Below, piece by piece: positions 63,997-64,000 of a stretch of DNA of 64,000 nucleotides; position 1 is the stretch's first letter, and every line of letters begins with the position of its first letter. The stretch lies in assembly GCA_964016885.1 (NCBI GenBank), contig CAXHJY010000370.1:13710-77709 (forward strand). Direction: 5' to 3'. The position numbers and the translations under genes were made by a program. The notes under the pieces are model-generated. The model made no database searches. It was not told the origin of the DNA and saw only the letters and a program-made list of their open reading frames with translations. The DNA is from Eledone cirrhosa. Taxonomy: Eukaryota.

Positions 63997-64000
63997 TACC

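Larger units (their letters stand above)
63261..64000 (-). mobile_element. 467-bp tandem unit (at least 1.6 copies, runs off the window), retrozyme-like
   Basis: ACAATTAAGTTAAAGATG at 63261 and 63728. Near-identical copies with one HHR per unit. Confidence 0.8.

Overview
Eukaryotic, very microsatellite-rich DNA. The SINE types and repeat landscape suggest an octopod cephalopod (inference). Almost all supplied ORFs are simple-repeat artefacts. The only host gene seen is the first coding exon of a clan-2 cytochrome P450 (minus strand, 13001-13514). The rest is (TA)n/(CA)n/(TAG)n/(TGG)n tracts, ~15 copies of a tRNA-derived SINE, RTE and CR1-like LINE 3' fragments, Tc1/mariner MITEs, four Penelope-like element (PLE) fragments and a 2.3-kb 28-bp satellite built from a SINE B-box. 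The main hidden signal is over 20 type I hammerhead ribozyme (HHR) motifs in about 10 sequence families on both strands. Nearly all lie in short islands inside (TA)n tracts. They sit in PLE 3' ends, in 420-bp and 467-bp retrozyme-like tandem units, or in fold-back palindromes, and two families have unusually long stem II inserts. All folds were read by eye and activity is untested.
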